A stretch of DNA of 62,850 nt, filler included, from Nemertoderma westbladi (taxonomy: Eukaryota > Animalia > Xenacoelomorpha): assembly GCA_032718475.1 (NCBI GenBank). It is 4 parts of 4 records of this genome, joined end to end, with 100 filler letters (N's around TTAATTAATTAA, not from the genome) between each part and the next. Parts side by side here need not be neighbours in the genome. Positions count along the whole stretch, not along the records: positions 21,903 to 43,367 come from JAUCBJ010003807.1; positions 43,468 to 52,761 come from JAUCBJ010004472.1; 2 more parts are not named here. One strand, given 5' to 3'. The notes beneath the pieces were generated by a model. That model ran no database searches and had not been told where the DNA came from. It saw only the letters and a list, made by a program, of their open reading frames with translations. Position 1 is the stretch's first letter. Each line of letters begins with the position of its first letter. Shown here in pieces: positions 34,587 through 48,021 of this stretch. The position numbers and the translations under genes are program-made.

Positions 34587-35259
34587 ATTATAACTAAAAA
34601 TAATTGCAACTAAAAATTGCAGTAGCATACCGTATGCTATGGAAATTGGTCAAAATGGGTACAACCTACCAATTTCGACAACTTCCCGTAGTATACGGTA
34701 TGCTACGGGAACTGTGCAGAATACGTACAAATACGTACACATACACGTTAAAGCACAAACCCAAAATTCAAAGCCTTATAAGAAATGTTCGCCCCTGGTG
34801 AATTCCAGGTCCCCCTGTTCAAAACTCTTATTTTTTGATATACTTTCGATTAAAAAAAAAAATCCCGCCCGATCCAAATACCCAAGGCCCTGGAACAATT
34901 GGCTGATTTGAAGTCCAATATTCAGTAGGGTTCCCTATCCCGATCGGGATATATAAATATATCCCGATAGGGATATGTCAATGTACTGTACATTGTGTTA
35001 CTTATTACTGTCATTTACTAGGCCTACTGTATATTCTAGCCTACTGTTCTATGTAAAACTACAGTTTATACATTTCGAAAACTAGAATGTCAATAAATAA
35101 TATCAGAATGTGAAGTGAAGTCTGCACTGCAAACCAACTCTGAACTCTGCTCAAACCACCTAAAAAAGTGAAGAAAACGAAACCAGAAACCAGTGAGATG
35201 ACAATGGTAATGCATTTACAGATTCGTGCATGACACTGAATAATCCCTGGCGGTTTTAA

Positions 35260-36087
35260 CAGGCCATCATGATCAGCATGTTGGATACTGTACCAATCTG
35301 TTGAAAAGTTTAAGAGACCTGTGTGCAGCACATTGGTTACTATTACTGTAACAATCTGTCAGTCTGTTGAAGCGAAGAGAACTTCATGCAGCATGTTGGA
35401 TACTGAAACAATCTATCGCGCAGTATATGTGATACTGAAACAATCCGTTGAAACGTTTAAGATACCTTGGTGCAGCATGTGGGGTATTGTAACAACCAGT
35501 TGAAACTTTTAGGAGACCTTCGTGCAGCATGTTTGATGCTGAAGCAATCCGATGAAACGTTTAAGAGACTTTCATGCAGCGTGGAGTAACTATAACAATA
35601 TGTTGAAAGGTTGAAACGTTTAACTGTTTAAGAGACCTTCACTCAGCACGTGGGGTACTGTAACAATCTCTTGAAACGTTTAAGAGACCTGTGTGCAGCA
35701 CGTTGGTTACTATTACTGTAACAATCTGTCAGTCTGGTGAAGCGAAGAGACCTTCATGCAGCATGTTGGATACTGAAACAATCTATCGCGCAGTATATGG
35801 AATACTGACACAATCCGTTGAAACGTTAAAGAGACATTCGTGCAGCACGTGGGGTATTGCAGTATTGTAACAATCTGTTGAAACGTTTAAGAGACCTTCA
35901 TGCAGTCATACAGCGTGGAGTATATATAACAATATGTTGAAACGTTTAACTGTTTAAGAGACCTTCATGCAGCACGTGGGGTACTGTAACAATCATTTGA
36001 AACTTTTAGGAGACCTTCGTGCAGCACGTTTGATGCTGAAACAATCTGTTGAAACGTTTAAGTGACCTCCAAGCAGCATGTTGGATA
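35260..36087. repeat. Diverged ~50-bp satellite (GAAACGTTTAAGAGACCTTCATGCAGCATG...), left part
   Basis: Continues at 42871-43140 after the Sola2 insertion. Confidence 0.85.
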
Positions 36088-37019
36088 GGTCATTATTGAA
36101 AACTTGTAACATTTTCAGTCATTTTTCAAAATAACTTTTCTCAACTTTTTTTTTCGGGAATGTGTTTAGGAATAATAGTAGTATTAGAATCTGGTTAACC
36201 AAAATATATTACTTCGGTTTAAATGCTCTAAAAATCAATTTGAATGCAATGGCAATTGCCGAATATTATTCTGTCGCTGGAATGTCGCTAATATTATCCT
36301 GACGCTGAACAAATAAGGATAGTTCAAGTCTAATTAAAATGCATCCAATCAGTATTATTTAATATATTTTGTTAATTGTGTGCAGGAAGGCTTATTGTTA
36401 CTAATATATTTTCACTTTTTACTCTCTGGAAATTGCTTATTGGCATCATGAGACGTAAAAAACGAAGTCTAATGAATGTCTGTCACCTGACTTCTGTCCC
36501 TGACAAATTTTTAGAGTTTTTTTTTCTTTGGCGGGAATTTTAAATCATGTGTGACAAGGGTTTCTTCTAATTTATCGGGTTTTACTTATGCTAAACTTTG
36601 TTGTTTTGCCTGTTAGCCTAAATTCACATTTGCAGTATGCTGACAGGTAAAAAATTTATGTCTGTCCCTAACATATTCTGTCCCTGACGTTACTATAGGT
36701 AATACTATCTGTCCCTGACGAGAGTGCTTTCTGGGTGTCTTCTCGCCGCCCGGGCCCACTGGCTGTAAAGTTGTAAGTAAGTTGAAGTAAGTTTTTTACT
36801 ATACTGTAGCATTGTTCAGCAAGTCCTATCAAGACATAGAGGAGTACATAGGTAGCTGTAGTTAGTCATACAGTAGGATTTCAGTTGTCCAGTATGTATA
36901 AATGCATTCGTTTTGTGATGGCCCTTCTCTAATCGATATATACTTATGGCCAAGACAGGCAGAGAAAGACAGGCAGTGAGAAAACGGGATAAATTAGGTG
37001 ACATTGCATATAAAGAAAT

Positions 37020-40000
37020 GGCAGTGATTTTTTATGTCCTTTTATTTGACTTTTTTTGTCATTTTTTTTACGAATTATGCATAATGACTTTTGTTGTCCT
37101 TTTAATGACTTTTATTGTCCTTTTAATGACTTTTTATGTATGTATTTCTTTAAACTGTCAGACTGCTGATTTCTGGACTGTCAGACAGCTGATTTCACTA
37201 TGCCTGTGCCAAAACATTCCATGATTCCATGATTTATAGACTATGAGATAGATTTCCATATGCGCCTGTGGTAAAAAGACTCTATATTTAATAGTTTGTG
37301 GTTGTTGTCGATAATCGATTACCACATGACGTAGCAAAACATTCATTTTATAGCCAAAAACAATTACCAATTGTTGGAAAGGAGCAGGTTAATGCCGAGT
37401 TTTCTAACCAAAACAATACACAGTCACTTTACCAAATCAAGGAAAGGAGCAGGTTTACAGAGACGGGATTTTCTAACCAAAACAATGAACGATTAATTAA
37501 CTAATTGAGAGAAAGGAGCAGGTTACTGAGGCGGGATTTTCTAACCAAAACAATAAACGATCACTTAACTTATTGAGGGAAAGGAGCAGGTTACAGAGGT
37601 GGGATTTTCTAACCAAAACAATAAACGATCATTTAACTAATTGAGGGAAAGGGACAGGTTACAGAGGCGGAATTTTCAAACCAAAACAATAAACGATCAT
37701 TTAACTAATTGATGGAAAGGGGCAGGTTACAGAGGCGGGATGTTCTAACCAAAACAATAAACGATCATTTAACTAATTGAGGGAAAGGAGCAGGTTACAG
37801 AGACGGGATTTTCTAACCAAAACAATAAACGATAACATTTACCAATTGAGAGAAAGGAGCAGGTTACAGAGGCGGGATTTTCCAACCAAAACAATAAACG
37901 ATAAGATTACCAATTGAGGGAAAGGAGCAGGTTACAGAGGCGGGATTATCTAACCAAAACAATAAACGATCATTTAACTAATTGAGGGAAAGGGGCAGGT
38001 TACAGAGGCGGGCCTTCTGTGCTGTTGGAAGTAGTGGTGCCGCTATCCGTAACACTACTCAGACAGTAGTCATGATCCATTATTGATTATAAAACTAATA
38101 CAGTAAGGCCTAAATTATGTGAAAGGTATATCCACATTTTCCACAATCCTGCAATCCAGTTTGGCCTATCAATTATTTAAAATTTATTAGCACAACCGGT
38201 AGGCCTACCATTACCGTATTTAAATGGTAGGCTACACAGTAGGCCTATAGCAGTACCGGTGCCGGTACCGGTACTAAAATACAGAAATACCTGCTTTATA
38301 CCTTCATCTGTACATACAATACAGCAAAATAGTGCTATATATACTAATACCGGTACTGATAGCCTGAGAGAACAGCAGTAGAGAAACCGGTAGCATGGAA
38401 CCTAACATTAGACTTTTGGAGGACATAAAAAATAAAAAAAAAGGACAAAGAAAGGATATAACCCTATTAGTACCGGGCTATAAAATGTTGTACAAATACT
38501 GGGGAGGGGTCATATTGACCCCCCCCCCCCCCCCCCCCTCTAAAATCTACAAATATTTACGAAAACGTCTGATTTTTTGTTTGTACGTAGGTATCACTTG
38601 TCTGGATCCGACCGAAAAAAAAAATTTCCGAAAAAATGTACTGGGGTGGTTATATTGCAGCACCAAAATTACAAGTAGTGCACAATTTTCACCAAATTTG
38701 AAAGTTACATTTTCGGCTAATTATTTTTCAATACAGGTTTTCTGGGGTGCAAAATACATTGGAAAATATTAAAAAATGATATGATTACTATAAATGGCTG
38801 TTTAGTCCTCTCTGCGTAGGAAAAAAATGAAAAAAACAAGTAACCAGCACTTTTCAGTTAGAACACAAAATTTGTAATTCACTTATACGATGCTATAAAT
38901 TCACATTTTCAGGTTTTCGAGGGCGCTGATTCTAATGGAATACATTTCTAATATGCCAGATCATTGCTACTTGTATTTTTCGGCGTAATTTGGCAAATTT
39001 TGGTGCTAGCACCAAATTTCGTACCCATCACCAAAAAGTACAAGTTTGCGATGTCCAGTGCTGTTTTTATTGATTCCATCGGATTCAGGACCCTTATAAA
39101 CCCGTATAACGTAAGAAACAAGATGATACTATCTCCTGATCAATTTGCTTATTTTCCAAAATTTGGTGCTGGCACAACAATTTTCACCAACCGGCGAAAA
39201 ATACAAGTTTGAAAACTCTTATGAAATTTTTACTGATTCCATTGAATTCAGAACCCTCACAAACCCGTATAACGCAAGAAACAAGGTGACACAATCAATT
39301 GATATATTTGATGGTTTTCAAAATTTGGTGCTAGCACCAAATTTTGCACCCACATCCGAAAAATACAAGTTTGAGATGTCTAGATCGATAATTATATTTT
39401 CCATTGAATTCAGAACAGCCATAAACCTCTAAAACGCAAAAAATAAATTGTCACAAGCAATTTTATCTATTGAATGGATTTTCAAAATTTCGTGCTAGCA
39501 CCAAAATTTGCACACAGCACCGAAAAAATACAAGTTTGATACGCTTGGTGCAACTCGTATATATTTCTTCGAATCCAGAAACCCAAAAAACCCCAATTGC
39601 GTAAAAAACAAGTTTCAAACGATCAATTTACAAAATTGACTTATTTCGAAATTTGGTGCTGGCACCAAAATTTGGCACCCACCGAAAAAAACAAGTTTGA
39701 AATTTCTAAATCAATTTATATGAATTCCATCAAATTTCTAACACCAAAAAACCGGTGTAAATCAAAAATAGAGATGTTACAATTCATATTTAATGAAATG
39801 TAATTTTCAAAAAACGTCTCAAAAAAAGTGCCAAAAGTAGGGTTAAAAAATGGTGCTATAACTCGAAAAGTACCCAATATTTTTGAAAACGGTTTTCACT
39901 ACTAGGAAGACAATAGATTTTTAGGAAAAGTCATAAAATTTCAGATTCCCAACTGCGTTTGTTTCGGAATTATAATAAAAAAACCACGGGGGGGGGGTCA

Positions 40001-40056
40001 TATTGACCCCCCCCCCCGGGTTTAATAGGGTTAAACGGACAATAAAAATTATTGTG
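37020..40056 (+). mobile_element. MULE-like non-autonomous element, second full copy
   Basis: 9-bp TSD TAAAGAAAT at 37011-37019 and 40057-40065. Largely the reverse complement of 31306-32728. Confidence 0.85.
38462..40030. mobile_element. piggyBac-type non-autonomous element with ~163-bp internal repeats
   Basis: TIRs CCCTATTA...CCGGG / CCCGGG...TAATAGGG, ATAA/TTAA TSD, subterminal GGGGTCATATTGACCCC palindromes. Confidence 0.85.
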
Positions 40057-42870
40057 TAAAGAAATTGAGCGAATAAGGAAACAAAAGTACCGACAAAAAC
40101 TGAAAGAGACCAATGTTGATATATACGAGAGTGTAAAATAAAATGATAGGAAACAAAAGTTGACGAAGAGATTGCAGAAGAAAAATTCTCAACCGATAAG
40201 CCCTTCTGCAACTCAGAGTACTTCTGGATTTGCCAACAGGCAAACATTAAGCGGGTCTGCTAATAAAGTTGTCCGGGTTTTATGTTCTTCTCCTCACAAG
40301 AGGAATAAAGTTTTAGGTTCTATTGTTTCAAGTTTGTCACCAACAAGTAAATCTTTCGTTGTAAAAACACTTTTAGGTGGTCGTCCATCGTTGGCTGCAA
40401 GTCAGAAAGACATCGTGACTTTTCTTGAATCCCCAGATGTCATTTACTGTTGCCCGAGCAGAAAATATACTGTATACATAGGAAAAGTCAATAGTCTGTC
40501 AGTTTTCAAACCAAAGCATTATTTGTTGTGGACATTGACGGAGACTCTTGAATTATACAACAAAGAAAAAGGGCCATTAACGTACCATGCTTAGCAGAAA
40601 ATTGTAAATAAAACTAAACATATTTTTCTTAATGGAAGTATTCCAAAGGACAATTGTTGGTGTGATACGTGCGAGAACTTATAATTGCTGTTGGAGAAGA
40701 CTGGCTCATTGTGTAAGAAAGAAGAAACCAGCTGAGCTCTTGAAGCATTTGCACCCTTGCTTAAAGTCTACTGGTGATACAATGAGTTTTTGCCCAGAAA
40801 TCAACGCAATAGATATAGAACTGAATGAACTGAAACTACAAGAACTCATTCTTTATTACCAATGGGTGGTAGTCACACTTGATAATAACAAGAAACAACA
40901 TAAGAAAGTTCTTATGGAATTAGCTGGAAATGAATTTGTTGAGATACTTAAAAAACAACTCATTAACTTTAGGAGACATATGTTTTCTTATAAGCGCCAA
41001 CACGCTGAATTACGATATCTAAAGAAACCCATCAGTTGGTAGTATCATAGTATCTCTCGATTTTGCACACAATTACACCAACGAACAGCGCCTTGAAGTT
41101 CAGAATGCTTTCTTTGGACATGAAAACTTTTCACTCTTCACAGCTGTAGTCTATTATTTTCCTCTAACTAATACTTCAGAATCGAATGACTTACAGTATT
41201 AGATAATGATGAACGTGGTGACAACAATCTGAGGGTTAATTCGTTTGTTGTGGTCTCAAATGAAATTAAACATGACAAATTCGTCAGCTTCATGTCATGT
41301 AGAAAGATAGTCCTTGTATCAAGAGATCTAGTTTCACCATACGCTTTAAAACGTGTTCACTTTTGGTCAGATGGTTGTAGCGGCCAGTTCCGCTCTAGAT
41401 TCACCTTTGCGTTACTTCAACTACTGTATATTGATCCAATCTTGAAATCACATGGAGTTACGGAGAAGCACACCACTTTAAGGGACCACATGATGGAATA
41501 GGTGGCACCTTCTAATGTAAAGTATACAGTGATGTACTCGCCGGGAAAGTTGTACTGAAAGATGCCTCCACTTTGCCGAATATGGAGACAAGTGTGTAAA
41601 ATCTAATGTAACATATTTGGATAAGAAAGATATTGACAAACACCATGGCGAGCTTATGAGTGCCATTGAAAGTGCCCCTTATGTTGAATCAGCACTTCAG
41701 GTTCACCATGTGTGCAGGAACGATAATAAAAGTTTACAGTTTTACCGTCATAGTAATTTCGAGATAGACAATGAACCAGTTATGTCGACACTCAAATATG
41801 GTCACAACGGCATGGGAGTTGAAAGTGACATGGACAGCGATATAGACGAACTTAATATATTTATCGGGCCTGACCCCGATAATATCATTCCGGAATCTAC
41901 ATATCGAGGTGTTAGATATCCATTAAGGGTTGATATTGTGGTGGGGGCTTACGTTGTTGTGGAGTTTTTGGGAGAAGAAACATTTCAGTGTATGGTTTAG
42001 TTCGGTTCAATTGTCACAATCAAATTCATGAGAAAAACCATGAGAAAAAATCACAGATGTTGATGACATCTGTGATGTCAAGACACTTGCCATATGTGGA
42101 CTACTACCTAATCCCGTAGTGTCAGGTCGTGGTGTCTATAAATTTGACACAAACCTCAGCATTTATGGACACATTAAGTAATAGCAACTCGTACATTAAT
42201 GTGTATATCAACACTGTTATGGATATACTGTATACTTATGTAGTAAAATATACTACGATTGTAAATCTTACCGATAATTACTGTATATCACTTTTGTTTA
42301 CTTGTAAATATACTATTTCTGGTACAAAAATATGTCTGTCCCTGACATGTCTGTCCATGACAAGATATACATTTTTTTTTTGAAATATCTTGCAGCCTAT
42401 ATGAGAAATACCTCCTTTTTTCGATTTTAATGTGTCCTCAATAAGATTCCATAGCTTTTTTTAAATTCAAAGCTACGAAATTGCAATTATCTTGATAGAT
42501 ATCTAAAATTGATAACTTAACTGTAAAACTGATCAGTTTACCAAGTCTGTCCCTGACGAAAATATCGAGTTGAATATCAGGCTCTAATTTGGTTATATTT
42601 ACTCAAAAACATATCTAAGTCAATAGGGTATGTGATGCTTCAATTTTAGCAACTCTTTTTATAAAATACTGTAATATGGCTCAATAAGAATTACGAGCGA
42701 ATTTAATGCACCATTTTTCTGTCCCTGACAAAACAATAGGGTATGTGATGCTTCAATTTTAGCAACTCTTTTTATAAAATACTGTAATATGGCTCAATTA
42801 GAATTACGAGCGAATTTAATGCACCATTTTTCTGTCCCTGACAAAATGGGGTTTTCAATAATGGCCGATA

Positions 42871-43140
42871 CCAGTACTGAAACAATCTATTGAAACTTTT
42901 AAGAGACCTTCGTGCTGTATATGAGATACTGAAACAATCAGTTGAAAATTTTAAGAGACTTTCGTGCAGCATGTGGGGTACTGTAACAATCTGTTGATAC
43001 TTTTAAGAGACCTCCATGCAGCATGTTGGTTACCGGTAGTGAAACAATCTATTGAAATGTTTAAGAGACCTTGATTCATGCAGCACGTTGGATACTGAAG
43101 CAATCAATTGAAACTTTTAAGAGACCTTCGTGCTGCTTAC
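42871..43140. repeat. Right part of the ~50-bp satellite
   Basis: Same unit as 35260-36087. Confidence 0.85.
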
Positions 43141-43141
43141 A

Positions 43142-43367
43142 TAAGGCGACCAGACGTCCCGCTTTCGGCGGAACAGTCCCGCTTTGGAGTCCCTGTCCCA
43201 CTGTCCCCCGAGATGCCTGGCGGGACGCCCGATTGTCCCGCTTTGGCTGAAACGATCCTGCCTTTCTAGTGAAATGTTGAATATTATTATTTTAACTCTA
43301 AACTGAACTAAACCTTATGGAATGGAAATTTGAAATGACTGATCTGCCGCACTGCACTGCAGCTGTT
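43142..43367 (+). mobile_element. hAT-like element end
   Basis: TAAGGCGACCAGACGTCCCGC start with repeated GTCCCG subterminal motifs. Runs into the gap. Confidence 0.45.
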
Positions 43368-43467
43368 NNNNNNNNNNNNNNNNNNNNNNNNNNNNNNNNN
43401 NNNNNNNNNNNTTAATTAATTAANNNNNNNNNNNNNNNNNNNNNNNNNNNNNNNNNNNNNNNNNNNN
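43368..43467. other. Assembly gap with artificial spacer
   Basis: N/TTAATTAATTAA/N. Confidence 0.95.
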
Positions 43468-43543
43468 AGACAGCTTGTTGATGGAAATTACATTTGATTG
43501 ATGACTTCCGACTTGCTTAACGGCGTCTTGACGCCGTCTCTAG
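43468..43543 (+). mobile_element. Helitron-type 3' end
   Basis: Hairpin ACGGCGTC-TT-GACGCCGT followed by CTAG|T. Confidence 0.6.
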
Positions 43544-45405
43544 TAACATAACCTATAAATATACTGCTAAGGTGCTAACTTATCTATAATTTGTGAAAAA
43601 ACTACGTAGAGAGGATAAATATGTATTTGCATAAGAAATTATTGCGATTGACTAAGAAAGGCATCTAATGAGCGTTTAAAAATAGACAAATTTTCTGATT
43701 GACGTGTACAGAGGTTGGTATTGAGTTCCAGATTTCTGGGGCTTTGATTTTGATTGATTGCCTGGCTGTACAGTACGTAAACGCCTACGTGGTATGATAG
43801 GCCTACAGTTCAGGTCAGTTACAGCACGTGTTCGGTGATTGTGTGTGTTTGATATCAAGGTTAGAAGTGTTGGGAAAATATCATTAGGCAATATGTTGTG
43901 CAAGTGTTTATAACAAAGTAGTCCGACTTGTTTAATGTAAGTTGATCGTATTGTAAGTGGATTGAAGTTGACGAAGCCCCTATGAATGATAATGTTTTTT
44001 GCCTTTTGTTGAAGATTATGCAACATTCTATAAGTTGTATTTGGCTTATCATTGTATTGTATTTTTTTCGCTTTCTCTTGCATCTATAGTGTTTGTTTGG
44101 GTGTTCTCTGTTATTTGTAAAGTCTGTGTATTTATTTTATGTATGATGTAGCTGCCCAAACTGCGGTGCAATAATATAAGTAGGGGCTGATCATTGTGTT
44201 ATAAGGAGTTGCTGCCACTTGTGGTGTAATGAAATGTTTTATTTTATTGATAATGCCGATGTTTCGACTTATTTTATTGCGTAGGTATTCGTAATGGTAT
44301 TTCCATGTAAGGTGTTCATCTATAAGAACTCCGAGAAACTTAATAACTGTATTTCTCTGGATAACAATATTGTTGATCACAATATCCATTGGTTGGTTGA
44401 GTTTAAGTGGTTTGTTCGTGGTGCGAAATATAATGTAGCTAGTTTTTTTAGTGTTTAATGATAGTCTATTTAATTGAAACCATTTAGTTAAATTAAGGAG
44501 GTCGTCGTTTGTTTCAGTGATAAGTTTCTCGAGGTCCTTCCCTGTTGTTAGTAAATTAGTATCATCTGCAAACAGAATAAATTTTGCTAGTTTACACGTA
44601 TTAGTTAAGTCATTACAATAAATTATGAACAGTAGTGGATTAAGGAGTGTACCTTGAGGCAGTCCAATTGTAATTTGTTTTCGTTCTGATTTACCCTTCC
44701 CTACTGTCACATATCCGATAAGTAGTTTGTAATCCAGGCCAACGCAGTTTCAGTAATTCCGTAACGTTGTAATTTTTCGAGTAATATTCTGTGGTTTACA
44801 GTGTCAAACGCTTTCGATAAATCAATTGAGACACCTGTTGCATATTCCCCCGAATCTAGAGCATTTGTAATATGGTCTAGTAGTGTAAGTAGAGCTTGTT
44901 GAGTTGATCTCTTATTTCTAAAGCCAAATTGTGTGGAGAGAGTATGGCTTCTCTTATTAAGTAATCTGTGAGTTCTGTGTGAACAATTTTTTCAAGTATT
45001 TTGGAAAAATATGCTAATACGGATATTGGTCTGTAATTCTCAACAAGTGTCGGATTATCAGTTTTAAATATTGGGGTAATACGTGCAATTTTCATTTTAT
45101 TGGGGAAATTTCCACTACATAGGGATATGTTAACTATATACGCAAGGGGCTCAGCGATAAGAGATATTGTTGGTTGGACGGTTGATGAGGCTAGTTCGTC
45201 ACATCCAGGGCTTGTTCTTTTGTTTAGTTTATTTGATGTTTGAATAATTTGAGATGGTGTGATAGTGTTAAATGTTGAAAGTTTCTTTGTTGGTCCGGTT
45301 TTTGGTAAATAATCTAGTGGTGAACCTTGAGTCGTGGGGATTTTTTGTTCAAGTTTTGATCCAATTGTGATGAAATGGTTGTTAAATACTGTGGCTATAT
45401 CTGTT

Positions 45406-45912
45406 GTGGGGCGAGCCACGAAGTTGGCGGAGCCTTAGCGAATTGACACTGTTAGGGGGTGGGTCAATTTATGCAAATAGTTGTCGTCGTCGTTGTCGTC
45501 GTCGTCGTCGTTGTCGTCGTCGTCGTCGTCGTCGTTACGATTTTGACATGCTAATAACTTTGTCGGATTTAAAGCTGCCAAGTTGAAAATTTGTAGGTAT
45601 CAATATGAGCAAAAGTTGAGATTTTTGAGAGACTTTCAGACACCATCAGTGCAATGGTCTCCCGCTAGAGGGCCACATGTCTAAACATTAAATGCCCTCC
45701 CATTTCTTTGCTTTTAATCCGTTTAAGCTGAAACTTGGCAGATATGTATTAGACCATTAGCTGTGACTTTCAAAGGAGGCGAATCCATCTGCAGTTCTCC
45801 AGTCTGCCGCTAGAGGGCCAACGTGACTATTTGCATAAATTGACCTACCCCCTAACAGTGTCAATTCGCTAAGGCTCTGCCAACTTCGTGCTGCGCGAAG
45901 TCCCCACTTCGT
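45406..45912 (+). mobile_element. HINE/DINE-like or MITE element, copy 2
   Basis: Near-identical to 24605-25090 apart from a longer (GTC)n. Interrupts the LINE frame TYTDT|TDIATVF. Confidence 0.88.
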
Positions 45913-46656
45913 GTATCTGTGTATGTACGTGTGGCGCTCTTTGCGTTGTTGTGTGTATAAATTGTACCTAGAGCAGACTGATCGTGTGTTCCTTGTGTGG
46001 TTGTTGTTGTTTCTTGTATGATGAGTGACGGTGATGTGTTCTTACGTTGTTTATTGATTAATTGATGGATATTTTTCCACACTGATCTGATATTTTGTTT
46101 TTTAAAATCAAGAACCTTGTTGTAATATTTCTTTTTAGCAGTACGAAGTAGAGCATCTAGTGCGTTTCGGTAATTTTTGAATCGTATTAGTTTTTCGGGA
46201 GTTGGGCAGTGAATGTAGTTGCCATAAAGTCTATCTCTTTTTTTGTTGCATGATGTAGACTGTTTGTTAACCATGGTTTTTGTGGGTTGAGTAATTTGAT
46301 TTGTTAGAGTGGGAAATGCTTATTGTATAGTGTGTGATCAAGAAGATCTAGAAAAGTATCATAAGCAGTATTTGCAGTTGTCATTGAATACACATCAGTC
46401 CAGTTGGTCAATAGTAGCTCTGTTTTAAATTTTTCTTGTTTATTAAGGTCTTTTATTTTTCTTCTGTAGCTGTATTGGCTCGGTGGTTTTTGTTTTGTAA
46501 TGGTGTCAGTTAGTACAAATATTGGTAGGTGATCAGAAACAGGTGAAATCAGTAATCCAGATTTAAGGATTCCATCGGTGTTACTGTAAATGTTATCAAT
46601 TAGAGTGGCAGAGTGATCAGTGATTCGCGTTGGCTTGGATATAGTAATAAATAATG

Positions 46657-46886
46657 AATAAATAATGAAAATAAACCATGTTTTTTACTTGGGGATTTTA
46701 ATATCGATTTACTAAAAATAAACAATAACACATCAACCTCGAATTTCTTTCATTTTATGATATCGTTGTAATTAAACGATGTCATAAAATGAAAGAAATT
46801 CGAGGTTGATGTGTTATTGTTTATTTTTAGTAAATCGATATTAAAATCCCCAAGTAAAAAAACATGGTTTATTTTCATTATTTATT
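46657..46886. repeat. Near-perfect fold-back palindrome with ~110-bp arms
   Basis: Arms are reverse complementary around the loop GTAATTA at about 46768-46774. Confidence 0.93.
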
Positions 46887-47095
46887 TGTTCGAGTAAGGG
46901 GTTTAATGCCGATATTGTATCTTCTATATTACTGTCAGGTGGCCGATAAATTACTCCAACGATTATATTTTTTGATTTCTCCTGCGGAATTTCTATAAAA
47001 ATTGTCTCAATAGCCTTATTGTTTGTTTTACACCGTAAGTCATTAAGTGGTATAACCGCCAGGCCAGTATGTACATAGATACCGACTCCTCCACC

Positions 47096-47530
47096 CAGTG
47101 GCGCAGCCATAGGGGGGGACGGGGGGGACACGTCCCTCCCACTTTTCAGTTAGGGGGGGGACACCATATCATATGTCCCCGGCACTTTTTACACTTTGTA
47201 TATTCAATTTAAAATTCAAATAATCGTAACAAACTCTGATCGGGTATTAAAGTGTAACTATTAACTCCTACGTACATTACAATCCTTCCCAACCCTGTCG
47301 CATATTTCCAAACACCATGAACTGTTTTTGAAAAGTCTGATAATATAAGGTGTATTTTCATATCCCCACAATTTCGTCTTATATTGTTTTGGTTAGAATA
47401 ACTAAAACAAATTTATTGATAATTAAATTTTTTGTTAATTTACCGTGTCGAGATATCAACCCGCCTTCTCTTTCAATCCTTACCTGCTTTATATAGGTAT
47501 CTCAGTCGACATTTTAATCTTATAGAGGGT
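47096..47530 (+). mobile_element. hAT-like element end truncating the LINE
   Basis: CAGTGGCGCAGCCA...GGGGGACACGTCCC type terminus. Confidence 0.45.
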
Positions 47531-47539
47531 TCGTTGGTA

Positions 47540-48021
47540 AGATACTGCTCCGTGGAAATCAGAATGGGTTCCGTAAAGGTCGTGGGAACATGGAGCCCAT
47601 TTTGGCACTTAGAAGGATAATTGAAGAGTTATCAACAAAGAAAGACAGGCATCTGGCTGTTATCTTTGTTGACTTCTTCAAGGCCTTTGATTCAGTCTCT
47701 CGCTCACGTATGTTCAGCATACTTTCATTATATGGGATTCCTGATGAAATTATTGCAGCAATCAGACCAGTAAACGATGGTTCGACAACATTTGTGTCTA
47801 CTGTTGACGGTGACACAGAACCATTTGAAGTGTTATGGGGCGTCCTCCAGGGAGACATACTTGCACCATTCTTGTTCATAATTGTTGTTGACTATGTTCT
47901 ACGCATGTCCTTAGATCATCATAATGATGATGGGGTGATGATAACTCCACCTACTGGCTCCAGAAGTCGAGGAAATCCTGCCAAGTACCTAACTGATCTA
48001 GACTTTGCTGATGACTTAGGA
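47540..48021 (+). pseudogene. Third RTE RT fragment
   Basis: QNGFRKGR, DFFKAFDS, DFADD. 47651-48021 is near-identical to 8923-9293. Confidence 0.9.

Larger units (their letters stand above)
36946..42000 (+). pseudogene. Sola2-like transposase pseudogene, split at 37019/40066
   Basis: MAKTGRERQ...AYKE|IERIRKQKY joins across the TSD. Stops and frameshifts downstream. Confidence 0.75.
36088..42866 (+). mobile_element. Sola2-type DNA transposon (decayed), host to two nested elements
   Basis: TIR GG(T/C)CATTATTGAAAAC, 4-bp TSD GATA, subterminal CTGTCCCTGAC repeats. Transposase motifs DFAHNY, WSDGCSGQF, HFKGPHDGIGG. Confidence 0.8.
43600..47095 (-). mobile_element. CR1/L2-type LINE ORF2 (APE plus RT), decayed
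   Basis: GGGVGIYV, IIVGVIYRPP, IDNI, SDHLPI, NYRPISVL, DLSKAFDTV, PQG, LFADD, KFLGVLID. Frameshifts present. Confidence 0.9.

Noticed and set aside
36480-42845. CTGACGA motifs as further hammerhead cores
   Set aside because: They are part of the CTGTCCCTGAC subterminal repeats of Sola2, with no GAAA or stem partners.
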